Shown here: positions 13,685 through 28,612 of the stretch, one piece after another
Position numbering within the stretch: position 1 is the stretch's first letter
Layout of the letters: every line of letters begins with the position of its first letter
Source: Chrysomallon squamiferum
Taxonomy: Eukaryota > Animalia > Mollusca
NCBI GenBank assembly: GCA_012295275.1
Contig: CM022665.1
Coordinates: forward strand, 12,152,001 to 12,216,000
Length of the DNA stretch: 64,000 nt
Reading direction: 5' to 3'
Notes under the pieces: generated by a model
Database searches by the model: none
What the model saw: only the letters and a program-made list of their open reading frames with translations
What the model was told of the DNA's origin: nothing
Made by a program: the position numbers and the translations under genes

Positions 13685-15026
13685 GTAAGTATTATCATAA
13701 AAAAAAGAGAGAGAAATGAAATATATATTAATCCGATATGATGCAAAAAGAAATAATAATTATAATCGTTTTATGGAGTATTTATATCCTTGATCAGATA
13801 GTTATCTTTTCGTGGTAGTTTCTATTACAAACCGTAATTATTTGCATGAAGATCTTATATTTTCATTTGGGAATACCTTTAATGCAGGTAGTGCAATACA
13901 TTTTTATTACAGAGATTTATCAGCTGATACTAATAATACAGGTCGTGACAGAAATAGATTTGCCAGTGAACATAACGATGAGACTGCAAAAATATGACGA
14001 CTAAAGATTTAAAAATATTATTAACCCCAACATCGACATATCCTTATTACTGGCAGTGATGCAGATTGCAGCTTGGTATTTAATGTTTCACATTTTGATT
14101 CTTAATAACAATGAGTTGTTTACAGAAATATAAAGCGCAGCAAGTGTCCGTGCTTCAGATTTAATAACCTGAGTGTATATGGCAATTGCTCTCTCTAAAT
14201 TTGTAGATTTCCTTTTTTTATGATAATGCATAACATATTCAAAAAAAAAAAAAAAAGAAGAAGAAGAAAAGTAGAGATAAGGGAAATAACTGAGTACCTC
14301 TGTTTTTGGTATCATATGACGATTATTGTTACAGTAATGAATTGCGGATGAATTGTACTGTTACAGAAATACAAATACTTTCGTAAAACTAGTTCTACAT
14401 AGCAACTGTATTAAAAAAAAAAAAAAAAAACAACAACAACAACAAAACAACAACATGCCTTCATACATTCATACATGCATATATATAAACTTAAATAGAG
14501 ATACACACACATTATTATTATTATTATTATTATTATTTATTATTATTATTATTATTATTATAGTTGATGCATTATTACTGTTAATGTCGTTCTTGCTTTT
14601 ACTATTATGATATATTTGTATTTTATGTATAATTATATTAAAGCATTCACATGTATGTGTTTCAGTAATATTAACTGTTGGATGGCTGTTATTGCATCTG
14701 TTTACATCTTTATTATTTCTGATGATGTCAAAGATAATGACTATAACATTTAATGGGAGGGGAGATAACCGAATAACTCTGTTCTCTCCATGGAATAAAG
14801 TTCATTTTTATTTAACGCGAAATCAAAGATAAAAGTCAGATGATTATACTATAAAAAACATTTGGTCTGCACGCATATCCATACGGCAAAAATATTAAAT
14901 GATTTTACTACTGTTGTTATTTTACACTATTTTTAGTAAACTGTATTTATATTGTCTTTTTTCTTCATATTAATGATACATTTTCTTAGTAGTTTCTTCT
15001 TACTTCATAATAATATGAGTCAACAC

Positions 15027-15062
<36 letters not shown>

Positions 15063-15407
15063 ATAAGAAATAAACAGAATTAAATATGATAATCTCAGAG
15101 TTTTAGCTTGCCTATGGATTAATTGATACTCATGCTGGTAATATAGGTTTTTTTTCCCTGCACAAATAAATAATGGTAGAAATAATATTAGAAGCAGATT
15201 AGTAGTTGTTGTTTTAGTAACTGCTGAAGTAATCTTGATTATAAATATTCATGTCTCTCTTATAAATATGTATTAGATACAATCAGTTTATTATGCACTT
15301 TCGGTTTCCGTATTCCAGTACAGATCTTTCCTTAAACAAAACCAAGATTTGAGGTTTTTTTAGTGTTTATAACTGACATTATTATCATATCAGAACGTAA
15401 TAGTGAA

Positions 15408-18400
15408 ATGATCCAGTCTCCGTTTTTAGAAATACTGCAGCAAAATGAAAATGATTCGTTTGAAGGGATGGTTGACTGCAGTATGCAGTTTTCAGATGAG
15501 GTAAGCTTCCCTTGGTTCGTTTCGAAATGCAGACGAAAACAAAACAGCTAAACACTTTTTATTTTCTTTCTTTTTAATAATTTAGTGTTTATTTATGCAC
15601 GCTAAGAAAAATTCTATGCATATATCATTTCTTAGTATGTCGTTAACTTTGTATATTAAAATATGCTGGATTATTTACTTCTCAGTTCATACATTAACGT
15701 ATGGATGTGTGCGCATGTCCGTATCTAGGTATATTTAGGTATATTTTGGTTGTGTATGTGCATGCGTGCATTTTTGTATAAGCGTTTTTGTGTTTGTATT
15801 TTTATGTGTACGTGAGTGTCAGGGTATCTGAAAAAAAAACAATATCTTTCACTGATTTTATCTTTTGTAACACTGTGCTTTATATGATATTATATAATGT
15901 ATGGTCTTTCGAGAATTTATTTTAACTTTGTTTTTTAATAATAACTTATCTTTCTTTGTAAATTAATAATTTATAATGATATATATTTAGAAATGTATAT
16001 GCATTTTTGTTTTATATATTTATTTTTTTAACGTTAAACTGATTTTTTATTACTAATCTATATTGTAAAAGAAGAAAAAAAAAACCCTATCGGTTTTTCC
16101 CAATTAGCTATTTATAGATATTACTCATCTTGATTTGGATCTTTGTCAACATTCCTAGTCTGCTAGTCGGAGAATAGTAATAATAATAAAACAATATTCT
16201 GAGAATTAAAAAAAACCCAAACAATTATTGTTGTTATTGTTGTTATTATTATTATTATTATTAATATCAATATTATTATTATTATTATATCACATATAAT
16301 ATTATATTCTGAATATTATAAAATCCCAAACCACCAAAGTAAATAGCCATATAAAGTACAAAACACAAACACATAAATAAATAAATAACTAAATAACGTA
16401 GATTTCAGACATATAATCAAGAAATATAATTAACACAGTGTATTAAGCTATTTCATCCTAAAATTAAATGACTATAAATCGCTGATTCCCAACGTGGGAC
16501 GCACGCCCCACGGGGGGGGGGGCAATTTGAAAGTGATATAACACGACCAACCTTCCAGTTACACTTCGTCTACACATCTACACATGTTATCATGTATCTG
16601 GCAGCACCTATGAGCAGTTTGTCTACACTTTGGTGTTAATTTTGATCATCGTTCCATCGCATGTCACAGATCGCTGTCGCACGTCAAACTAAACAATCAC
16701 TGTTACCTTTCCCGTCCTCGTGTTTGGTAGAACGTGGCTATTACTGAAGAAAAGAAATCGCCCGGATATCACAAAACTGGGAGATCTGAGGTTAAAACTG
16801 ACTAAATTAGAGCCTCGAATAAAAAACACTTTTGTAGCATACATCGAGCTCAAGGATCTTACTAAATGTTTTATCTTCAGCTGGGTGAGTTAAGTTGAAC
16901 TTAAACTGGAAGGAAAAAACTGTTTGCCTGATTTTTAGCTTTGTTTAAATAATTTTTTTTTTTTTTTTTTTTTTATAACTTTATATAACAGTAATTACAC
17001 TTTTACAAAAACTCAGTTTGTTTTTATATCAAAGGGGGCCGTAAACATTTTTTAGATGTTGAGGTGGGGCATGGAGCAAAAATGGTTGAGAACCACTGCT
17101 ATAAACTACAAATAATGATAACGACGACAACAACAGTAATGATAATGATGATGATGAAATGTTGTGTTTAATTTTGCAGGATTCTTTTACAAATGAGAGA
17201 GCAATTACAGAAATTATACTTGATTTAAAAAGTTGTGAAAATGCAGTCAGCTCAGGGGAGTTAAATCATCAGAGCATGATGTTGCCTACACTCGAAATTC
17301 TCGAAGACGCCTCTCCGTCGACTACGAAGGCATTTGACTATCGGCGGAGTTCCCATGTCACTGCGGAAAAGAAAAGACGAAAAATGATTCAAGTAAAATT
17401 TTGTAAAAACACTTAAGTTATATATAATTATACTGCAGTTATTAGAAAAATGCATACACATGCACTCATATATACATACACACATAAATACATATTATAT
17501 GCATACATACAAACACTTACATACATATGCATACATACATGCATACAAACACATACACACCGTAACACTCACACATACGTATATTCATACATACATACAT
17601 GCATAACGGACAGAGACAGGCGCATGTAGAGATATACATACATATATTAACATACAGGCTTATATACACACTGTATATAAAAGAAGGAATGAAAAAACGA
17701 AAGAAGAGAAACAAAACTAAAGTAATATCCGCATAGTTGTTTTTATTCTCTAAAACGAAATCATCAGCATGCAGATATAACAGATCAAGCCTATCATTTT
17801 ATTAATTAGACTTTTAATTGTCTTTAAATAGGACAATCTTTGGCGTCTTGTCAGTCATTTGCCGTCCTACAAACGTTTTAAAAGCATGAAAACAACAAGC
17901 GAGTTGGATGTTATCAGAGAAAGTAAGTAGATATTCGCAAACAAAAGTGAAACCAGGCCCGTCTTTCAGTTAACAATTTAATTTAATTTTAGTTATTAAT
18001 TATGATTAATTATTATTGTTATTATTTTTGTCGCTGTTCTAGATGTTGACGGTGATGATGTTTTTTTCTGTTATTAGTAATAATGTTGTTGTTGCTGCTG
18101 TTATTATTGTTATTGTTACTGTTATTGTTATTGCTATTGCTATTACTATTATTATTATTATTATCCTGTAATAGTTAAAATAATTATAATATTTGGCTTC
18201 TAACAAAGGATACAAACTTTTGAAACTAAAGCTTGCTAGCTAAAAGTTAATGTTATCTTTAAAATGTATTTTAAGCTATCAGACATGTGAAAAAGCTGGA
18301 AGAGGAAAAGAATCTATGGGAAAAAAAGATTCACGAACTTAAGAAAGAAACCGATGAACAGATGGATATAATTATGTAACTATTTTTCATTAACATTAAT

Positions 18401-19507
18401 TTTGTTGTAGTTATAAATGTTGATTTAAATGACAGTTATACTGAAGAATTTTATCTGTACAGAAAGCAGGTTAGTCTCGCGCGCACACACACACACACAC
18501 ACTTAGACACACACACACACATACACTTAGATACACACATACACCCAGACACACTTATAAACACAAACACACACATATACACACTAAGAAGTGTGTGTGC
18601 CTATATTTATATGTGTTTTCTAGGGAAACTAAAACCTATATCCATGCTATTATCTATTATCTTTTTATACAAATGCTTAACCACACACACACACACACAC
18701 ACATACACATGCAAACATAAGTTTATATAAATGCATACACATATGCACATAGCTGTACAAAAAAATATATATAGGATATATATATATGTATAGTTACAGA
18801 CAATAATAAAATATAAATTTTTAGCGAGTTTAAAGACAGCTTGCCTGTGAATGGAATAGAAAAAAAGAAAAGTCTTGAAAAAACGCTGGAAGAGAGATAT
18901 GAAGAACACGTCACACGAAATGTTGCTTTAAACTGGAAATATAGCATTGTATCCTTTTCTGCATATAACTGCATCACACTGTAATAAATAAATATGTGAA
19001 GTAATCACGGCGGCTGAACTGAACTTTATATACGTTCAGGCCGCAGTCTCAACATATGAGGAGACATTCACACAAAATTTAACATAGTTGATGGACCTGC
19101 AATGACGTGCATAATAAAAGTATACATAAATACAAATATATTCGGATCTAAGACATCTGGACTGACATTTCTTTGCAGCTAATCATTTTAAATGTTGATG
19201 CAAACTAATTAAGAAAAGCTAACCAAGTAGTTTATGAGGTCCTAAAAGTTTTACTGAGCAACAGCTTTCATAGGCCAAATCGTACACAGTTTTTAGAAGT
19301 CTGACAGTTTCTGGGAACAAGTTATTTAACCCGCTCTCTGCCCATAGTTACTCTGGAGATATGTGACTACTATGGAAAATTTTAAATTGATTTGTACTTT
19401 ATTTTATTTTGCATCATATAATGGAATTTCGAATCGCTGGACATCTGTTAGTTTTGTTTGTGTTGTTGTTGCGATTATTTATTTATTTATTTATGTATTT
19501 ATTTATT

Positions 19508-19549
<42 letters not shown>

Positions 19550-19954
19550 GTTGTTGTTGTTGTTGTTGTTGTTGTTTCGTTGCCGTTTTTGTTGTAGTTC
19601 TTATAATAATATTATTATTACATTGTATATTATTAGTAGTAGTATTTTTATTATTTCTAACATCATTATTATCGTCATCATCGTCATGACCTTCATAATT
19701 ATTATTAAAGTAACAGAAGACACAGCATCATTATAGTGGTAGAGCAGCAGTTCCTGAAGTAGAGATATTTAATAAAACACATTTTTAAAAATGGTTTTAC
19801 CTTAACCTGTATTCAGTTCAGTTTTATCAGTACAAGTCTTTTCAAGACTTTCAAAGACGAGGTTTCGACAAGCACCGCAGAAGAGTTTTTTACTTCAGTT
19901 AACAAGTGGTCAGATACACGACTTTCTCTTACTTTCCTTAGATCAGGTATCACA

Positions 19955-20004
<50 letters not shown>

Positions 20005-20576
20005 CACATACACACACACAGAGAGAGAGAGAGAAACACACACATACACACACATACATATATGTATGCGTACGAATATACATATATATAAGCACACACA
20101 CGCACACGCAAATACACACACATACATATGTATGCATATATATTACACATGCGTGAGGATATATATAAGCACAACTATATATAAACATACACATATCCAT
20201 ATGCACACAAAAACACACACAAATACACACACATATATACATACACATACATACATACATACATAAATACATGCATACATGCAGACACACACACAAACCC
20301 ATTCTTATATAATGACAGAGTATTAAATATTAAACAGCATAAAAACACACATGCATGCACTTAGACATCATGATCAAAATAAACAGGCGTAAAATCAGAT
20401 GGTAAGCATTCGAGTATTGCAAATAATTATAATTTTGTTTGAATTAATCTTTTTTTTAATTTATAGTCGTCGTACTCGGCCTGAGAGATATTGGAATAAA
20501 AACATCTATTATTACACACCCAGAGCTCTTCGAGGAAGAATTACAAAAAATCGCCAGAAAACCACATTTGGAATAA
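15408..20576 (+). CDS. Short Mondo/ChREBP-class bHLH-ZIP transcription factor, paralog A (divergent), ~286 aa
   Basis: Hand-spliced exons 15408-15500, 17180-17392, 17832-17922, 18276-18375, 18825-18948, 19817-19946, 20467-20576 (861 nt, all GT..AG, phases 0,0,1,2,0,1, open to TAA). Basic region RRSSHVTAEKKRRKMIQ (H-E-R pattern), zipper TIRHVKKLEEEKNLWEKKIHELKKE, DCD-like LPVNG..LEERYEEHV..NWKYSIFSFISTSLFKTFKDEVSTSTAEEFFTSVNKW..LR..TSIITHPELFEEEL. The start may lie in an upstream exon ending at 13684, which is in phase with the acceptor at 15394. Confidence 0.88.
16480..17098 (+). mobile_element. Internally deleted hAT-Charlie/Buster transposon in an intron of paralog A
   Basis: Degenerate TIRs (CGCTGATTCCCAAC / GTTGAGAACCACTG), near-perfect 8-bp TSD CTATAAAT/CTATAAAC, and a transposase C-terminal remnant LLKKRNRPDITKLGDLRLKLTKLEPRIK from ~16741. 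Confidence 0.8.
18949..19816 (+). other. U12-type (minor spliceosome) GT-AG intron in paralog A
   Basis: 5' splice site GTATCCTTTT; branch-site-like TACCTTAAC ending at 19806, ~10 nt before CAG; no polypyrimidine tract. Confidence 0.88.
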
Positions 20577-21576
20577 AACGTGATTTTCATTTCGGTGTTT
20601 TAATTTTAAAATGTGATTTATTATCTGGGTGAATATTTAAAACTGCAGTTTAAAAATGTGGTAAAGGATTCCTGTGCTTCTTCTTCTTATAAATATTATT
20701 ATTATTACTATTATTATTATTACCATTATCATTATTATTACAATTGTTATTATTATTATTACCATTATTATTATTATAACCATTATTATTATTATTATTA
20801 TTATAAATACTAGTAGTATAACATTTTTGTGTTGTCATTTGACATTTAAATCTTTATTTGTCACAATTATAAATATAATAAACGATTTTAATGAGTCAAT
20901 GATATTAACTAACTCTGTACACATTTTACTCATATTTGCCTTAGAGTTATCTCCCTTAATTCATTCTTGCATTTGAGTTTGCAGTAGTTGTGTTCACGAA
21001 ATCTATTTTTTAATTTAGTGTGAAAGAAAATTAGTATACACAGTAAAACTACCACTACTACTACTGCTACTACTACTACTACTAATAATAATAATTATTA
21101 TTATTATTATTATGATTATTATTATTATTATTAAATTTTGTTTTTGCCTCGCCTTTGAAATAATCCCAGAAGAAGAATAGTGATATTGTTTGACAATATT
21201 AAACATGTTTGCTGAAAATGATAGTTACACCTTTTCCTGCCTATTCTAAATATAGAATTACCTGTCATGCTGATTATAAAAGGTTCAAGGTTAAGTAGGT
21301 TACAAGTGCTTTGTTAGATCACTTTACTAAAGATATATCCGATGGATATTTATGACTTTATCTATTTAAATGTTTTTTGTTTTAATTCTTAGACTTTAGT
21401 GTACACATTTTATGTAGAAGTGTGTACATATGTGTAGTAGCTGTCAACGTTTTTTGTTCATTGACGTCATGTCTGCTTTTGAAATATTTTCAATGGAATA
21501 TCGAAACTGTGGCTGTAATAAAAGGGTTAAAATGTTTATGGATGTTGTTTTTTACTACATGTTTATGAATCACACG

Positions 21577-21888
21577 GCAATATGAAACATTTATGAATAC
21601 CATTGTTACATATATTTACAGTTATAAAGCAATATGAAACATTTATGAATACCATTGTTACATATATTTACAGTTATATAGCAATATGAAACATTTATGA
21701 ATACCATTGTTACATATATTTACAGTTATATAGCAATATGAAACATTTATGAATACCATTGTTACATATATTTACAGTTATATAGCAATATGAAACATTT
21801 ATGAATACCATTGTTACATATATTTACAGTTATATAGCAATATGAAACATTTATGGATACCCTTTGTTACCCATGTTTACAAGTATAT
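21577..21888 (+). repeat. 52-bp minisatellite, ~6 copies
   Basis: Unit GCAATATGAAACATTTATGAATACCATTGTTACATATATTTACAGTTATATA at 21577, 21629, 21681, 21733, 21785 and 21837 (last copy degenerate). Confidence 0.95.
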
Positions 21889-22008
21889 AATGAAATATTT
21901 ATAAGGGCTTACAGTAACACATAATTTATTGCATACCATTTCTTACATACAGGGCATAAGTATAATTATACTGCAATATATCATATTCATATTTACAAAC
22001 ATACATAT

Positions 22009-22066
<58 letters not shown>

Positions 22067-22383
22067 CTTTCGTAACCTAACACTGTTTTACGTTTTTCTT
22101 ATCGCCAGAGCTAAAACTCTGAATTTATTTTTGTGGACTGTTTGTCAGCTCATACATTTACAGTTAACTGTTGTGTGGTATCATATATGTTATATTTATG
22201 TCTATCGTTTATCAGTGTCTAAACTGGTGTTGGTATTTTTATGGCTTGCTGGTTTGAAAACAACATTACATCATTAATGGTTGGCGGTTTAAAAATAACT
22301 GTACACAGGCTTTCCTCCCTTAATCAGGAATCTAATAGCTTTTAAGGCGGTCTCAGGATCTGAGGAAAATGGAAGAAGTGTCG

Positions 22384-22499
<116 letters not shown>

Positions 22500-25400
22500 G
22501 TACATAGGCTACCTCCTTCAGGGTCACATGTTCTGTAGATATATGTTTTCTTGGGAACAAAGAACTATTTGAATTACGTCATGCTTCTTCGAAATCGCTT
22601 CTTTAACTCTGAAACACAATAAAACGTTCGCCATGTTACTAAGATTTTTTTTCCCTGTTTGGTCAGAATTCACAGGCAATATGAGACAGAAGAGTCCACG
22701 TACGTCAAATGTCATTTTTATAACTTCTAAAATTCTTGAATTCTGAAATAATTTCGACAAATAATAATAATGATAATAAACAAAAAAATTCTTAAAAAAG
22801 AGAATACATCATGTTTCCTGAACCTTCTTTTACAGATTAATCACGTGTCAGTAAATATTTCTAAATTTACACTTTATCTCAGTACAATTTGTGATTCGTT
22901 GTCTATTTCTGTTTTGCACCGATGACGACCATCAGATACCATTGTCATAAATCAGCCGTGGATTAAGGGATTAAGCCCACTGCATGCACCATTAAGCGTC
23001 ATTATTATCGCTGTAGCTGTTGTTGTTGTTGTTTTCTTTATAACTAAACATATTTCATCATGAATTCAGTATCTACTAAAGTGATGACGTTAAAGTCTTT
23101 TCCTTTCCCGTAAATTGTGTTCACCACCACGTCAACGATATAAACTTTATTTAATTACCTTATTGACTCTCAGATTCGAGTCCAGGCACTAAGGTATATT
23201 TTTAAAGATTACTATTTGTTTGTAACCGTGTTTTACCTTCTCTAGCGTCTAGAATACGTATGGTCGTGAGAACAAAATTCCTAACTACTGTATATAACAA
23301 CCTGCAGTTAAAAGTGATTGTTTTATTCATTTCAGGACATCAATTTTGGTAAATAAATGAGTGTCACAGTGACGTAGTAAGAATCTGAAAATTCCTTAAC
23401 AAAAGGTAGACTGATAGATAAAGCTTTTTTCTCTTTTTTTTTCTTCTAGTTATTAATCCACTGATCATGAAAGATTAACCATACGAAAGTACAAATAGAG
23501 TATTAAAGCTATATATTACAGCTCGTTTGATTTAATATTTAAAATAATCATAATTAGCAATAAATCTGCACGTCGCAGTTTATTGCCAGTTACTACACAC
23601 AAGAGAAATGATGCCTAAATTTGCACATAGCCGCGAAATGTGTATCTGTTTACCTGTGTACTGCTTAGAATCTTGCTAATGATACAAATTCAGAACATTC
23701 TTGCATGATGCAATAGTACAGAGCTGCGTGGCTGTGAGTGGCGTGTACAAACAGAATGCTTTGACTTCACGTAGAAAATGGTGGCAACAGTTGTTACGTG
23801 TGTTGCTGGCCTCGTTGAGTGAACGTGCAGACAGCGCTAGATAAAGACTGATAAAAATAGAAACTGTGTTTGCTGAAATACTGTCATGGGCGTACGACTA
23901 AGGGAGTCAGGGGAGAGCAACGGCTCCCCCAAATTCAGACAAAAATAGAAGAAAAATAATTGGGTAAAGCTAGAAAAATATTAGTACTTGTATTTTTACT
24001 TCTGTTACATTTCGGGCAAATCAACCCCTCGGGCAAAACAAGGGAACACACTTTTTAACCAAAGAGTCCTTCCCCTCCCCAGGAATGTTGTCACCTTGTT
24101 CTCTCGCTCTTTTCTCACTATTTCTTCCCTCTCTTTTTTTCTCTCCCTTCCCCCCTCTCACTATGAATGTGTTGGACTACCTATAAGTAAGCATATATGT
24201 ACATAACAAAAGGTGTTTCGCAACCAGTGGACATTACCAAAACTTGATACTCTACACAACACAGTATAAATATTCAGGCTACTAAATAATATATTCATTG
24301 TGAGTAAAAGCTCAGTATTCTCTTACCCTGTTCGCATAGGTTGCTTAACAAGCTGACAAAGACTACGTTGGACAGATCTATGACGCCGTAAAGGAATTCT
24401 GTTGGGATTAGCAGTGTGTGTCAAGGTTGTCAAGGACTGATAATTTTGCAAGTAGTGGTACTAACAAAAACTCCGAATAGATTATGTATACCTTTTTACG
24501 ATTGGTTGTGCTATTAAATGATGAATGAAAGTAGCACAGTCATGCGCGAAAGTCGTAATGGTTTCATGTACAGTTAACTACCTATTTGTCTGTCTGTCTA
24601 TCTAAATAAATCCCAGATAAACTACTATGAATTTGTTCAGTCTGTTTTTATTCTTCTTTCATTTCTGTGTATGAAATGAGGACGTTATGATAAAGAGGGG
24701 AAAGTCATCAGGCCGGGTTTGTCATTTTGCATTGACGACCTTTATTGTTAGTAAAGGTTCGTGATACATGATAAATAATCAAATTATATTTTAAGTGTAT
24801 ACAAATTATTTAATTTTCTGTTATTTACTCACTAACTGATTTAAAAAAAAAAAATAATAATAATAATAATGTTTTGTAACTGTAACTATTATAAAAATGT
24901 ATCGTTGTTGTTGATTATAATTTTAATTATCCCATATATTTAATATTCTAAAATATTCTAAAAAATCTATAAGTTAAAACCTTTGAAACTTCCATCCAGT
25001 TTTGATTTTGTTAAACTGCACAGGAAATAGTGACGCGTTTTTAATAGTGCAGTATGTCTGAAACACATGTACTTCCATATGTTTACATACAGTGGTAAGT
25101 ATTTGTAATTCTAGTAAAGCACGACTGTTTGGTGGATTGTATGTATGTGTGTACGTGCATATGTTTTGTATGTGCGTGCGTGTGCTATTGTTTGCAAATT
25201 GATTTGTTGTCATTGTTTTGTCGGGGTTTCTTTTTTCCCTTTCTGAAAAAAAAAAAAAAAAAAAAAAAAAAATAATAATAATAATAGAATGAAAAAATCA
25301 GCTTAAACGGAATGTGTGTATACTGACTGCGTTGATAATGTATATTAATACGACAAAACTGGTGTTTGGCAGTTGTTACGTAGTGCTGTGGCTTACTTAC

Positions 25401-25732
25401 TTAATTATTTTTGTAATTTTATCCTTATGTGTACGAGAATGTATTTTTGTGACTGTGTCTATTTTTAGCGCAGAACGTGACGTAGGACGGTCTCCAAGTG
25501 CAGGGACATGGAATAAAATTATAAAACGTTTAACAAAATCTTGGTCACCTTTAATAATCTTGGTCAAGGTTATCGTGTCCCTGAAGTAGTTGAGTGAAAC
25601 CTTCGTAACGTGTTATTATTTACTGTTTTTTGTTGTAGGACGTCTCGATGTGTTGTAGCACGTGGAATATGAATTATTTATATAATTGGATATATATGTA
25701 GGTCTGTGTTTGTGTATGTGTTTGTGTGCTTT

Positions 25733-26340
25733 TGTGTGTGCTTTTATTATCAACTAGACGATCGTATAAAAAATAATTTGCATTAATGAGCACAAATGAA
25801 AGCAGCCAATACTTTCTTGTAATTGTTAGTTCACATGTAGGCTAGGTTTTTTTTATTTTTATTATTATTTTTATTTTTTATTTTTTTTCGTGCAGCTTTG
25901 ATTCATAAGATTATTATATACTTGCAAATATCTCAAAACACCATTTGTATTTTTCTCTACATTTATAACAAGCGCCTGACATAAGCAGGCGGAGTTTTGT
26001 TCACTATTCGAAAGTTCACCAACAAAAGACATGGTTTGGTAATGGTTCGTTCTCTCTCTCTCTCTCTCTGTCTGTCTGTCTGTGTGTGTGTGCTTTTATT
26101 ATCAACTAGAAGATCGTATAAAAATGAGTTGCATTACTGAGCAGAAATGAAAGCAGCCAATACTTTCTTGTAATTAGTAGGCTAGGGTTTTTTCATACAG
26201 CTTTGATTCAGAAAATTATTATATACATACAAATATGTAAAAACATTTGTGGTTTTCTCCATATTTATAACAAGGTGGGGTTTTATTCACATTTCGAAAA
26301 GTTTACCAACAAAAGGAATATTTTTGTAATGGTTCGTTTT
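25733..26340 (+). repeat. Tandem duplication of a ~300-bp segment
   Basis: TGTGTGTGCTTTTATTATCAACTAGA..GATCGTATAAAAA..AAATGAAAGCAGCCAATACTTTCTTGTAATT..TAATGGTTCGTT occurs at ~25733-26051 and ~26085-26338. Confidence 0.85.
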
Positions 26341-28567
26341 CTTTCAGTGCTTTTTATTGTGGGTTTTCTTCTTTTCTTCTCTTTGTTACTACTAACACTG
26401 AGTTGATCTAGTCTGTTAATTTGTGCTATTCGATAAATGTAACAATTTAAATTATTTAAGTCTTATGACAACTGAATGTTATTCTTTTATTTTTCTCTCC
26501 AGTAAGCCACGTACCGGATAACCTTTTGTTATTTGAATAAACTGGATTTTTCCATGAAGATGACAAAAAATGTTGGAGTATTTTTGTTACCTGCTTTTTT
26601 ACAGATAACATTCTTACAGGATATATTATCCTTTTAAAATATTTCTCGAAGTAAACTGAACAAAATTCTTTTGGTGTCAGTTTCTGCTTCTATTGTCTGA
26701 TTTTAACATAAACTTTATAACTCTCTGCTTTTAGAGTAATAAACTCAACATTTTCAGTTCTGAATACTATATAAAATTCTGATGAATAACTTAAACGGAA
26801 ATCATATGCTCACTGCATCATGGATTCGTTCAAACTTTAACCTAACCCGTTCTCTGTTGCGAACTTCTGTTTTGAATCCTCTGTAAACTTAAATGTTAAT
26901 CAAACCGAACATTATTATTATTATTATTAATTTTTTTTTTTTTTTTAATTTTTTTTAAAGTTAAGGAACTAAAACATCTTTGAAGCTGTCATTAATTGCA
27001 TTTAGTTCCGATTTTTAAGAATCCCGTTACAGATGTGTTTGCTTTCCTCGTCGGCTGATGAAATGACTAAGTGAATACATGACAGAATAGCGTTTCGAGT
27101 ATTTTATTGTTTTCTTGACACCTTAAATATTTGCTATAGCTATTAGACAAGTAATTAAGCTGACGCCGACATACATGTACATAGATGATACGCTTCAAAC
27201 GTGACGTTGATACACCTGTAGTTATTTCTGCACGGTGAGAAACAGAGGCAAAGGTTTAGCTTTTTCACCTTACGACCCACGGCTGAATATGCAGGTATCT
27301 CCTTCCGCTTGCAGGGAGGTTTATGTTCAGTCTTTCTTTTTTTTTTTTTTTTTTTTTTTTTATAAAACATCTTTTGGTTTTGTTTTATTCTATTTATTTA
27401 TTTAGTATTTTATTTTTTTTATTATTATTTTTTTTTTAAATTTTAATAATTACAAAATAAATATATTTTATTTACTTCATTTATTTGTTTATTGATTGAT
27501 TATTGTTACTTTAGTAATTATTAATAGATTTTCTGAAAGAAATTATTTACTTTGAATAATCACAAAACTTACGTTCAAAAAGCATACTAAACATAATAGT
27601 TATGCTGGCAGTAATATGAATACAAAACAAAACAAATACAAACAAGCAAACAAATATATTAAATGAAAAAATGCACGAAAATAAATTCAGATATTTGCGC
27701 AGGACGTTAAACCGAGCCTCTATTGTTTTTGCATCAACGACAACCGAAAACATAATAAATTAAAATATCATTTCTTTTGTACAGACACTGGAAATTTATA
27801 ATTGTTTAATTAATAGTTCAAAACGAGTCTCAGACAGCTTCGTAAACTTCACCTGCATAGTACTCAAGATCTGTTTATAACTTCGGAAGAGTAAAATCTT
27901 TAGTTTCAGACCCGCATTTTAACTGAAATCTTAAAGAATGATGAATTACTTTTTGTCTTACGGTATACACCAAGTGTATGGCGTTCAAAGTTAACTACAG
28001 AAGTGGACTTTAGTATCAGTTTTGATGTCTAGCCGATTTCTGTTATCTAAAGACACGAGCTTCACCAAAAAAAAAAAAATTAAAATATCTTATCAGTAGT
28101 GAGATTGGCATTATAATTATGAATGAATGAAAACTGACTTAACGACACGCGGGGCAAGATTTAACCGTAAGCTAAAACAACAAAAGAGAACTTCTGTTAA
28201 ATGTTGTTCCCAGTCAGAAGGGGAAAGGACCTCGGTGTGTTTCACTTCAATTACTGGACACATTTTATTTTTTGTTCACACTCGTCAAATAGGGTTTCTA
28301 ATTTTCCAGTACTAATGACCTCACTACACCAAAATCCGGTCCTGGTCTGGTGACACTCCAGCTTTTTTTTTTTCTTCTGATATTGAGTTATTAGGTGCAA
28401 GCACCAGGTTTTTGATAACAGCAGTACAAGGGAGTAAATCAGTTTTTGTTTATAGCATAGGTTACCTTAAGAGATTAAAAGAAAGGATATACGTATAAGC
28501 AACAAAACAGATAGGAAACCATATACCATAATATAGGGTAGTGGTAGGAACACAATATAATGTAAAC

Positions 28568-28612
<45 letters not shown>

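Noticed and set aside
18374-18379. TAA directly after the zipper exon as the end of paralog A
   Set aside because: It is the GTAA of a phase-2 donor; downstream DCD exons homologous to paralog B continue in frame.
21577-21888. 52-bp array as a CRISPR-like array
   Set aside because: Units are contiguous and near-identical with no unique spacers, in a eukaryotic context; it is a minisatellite.
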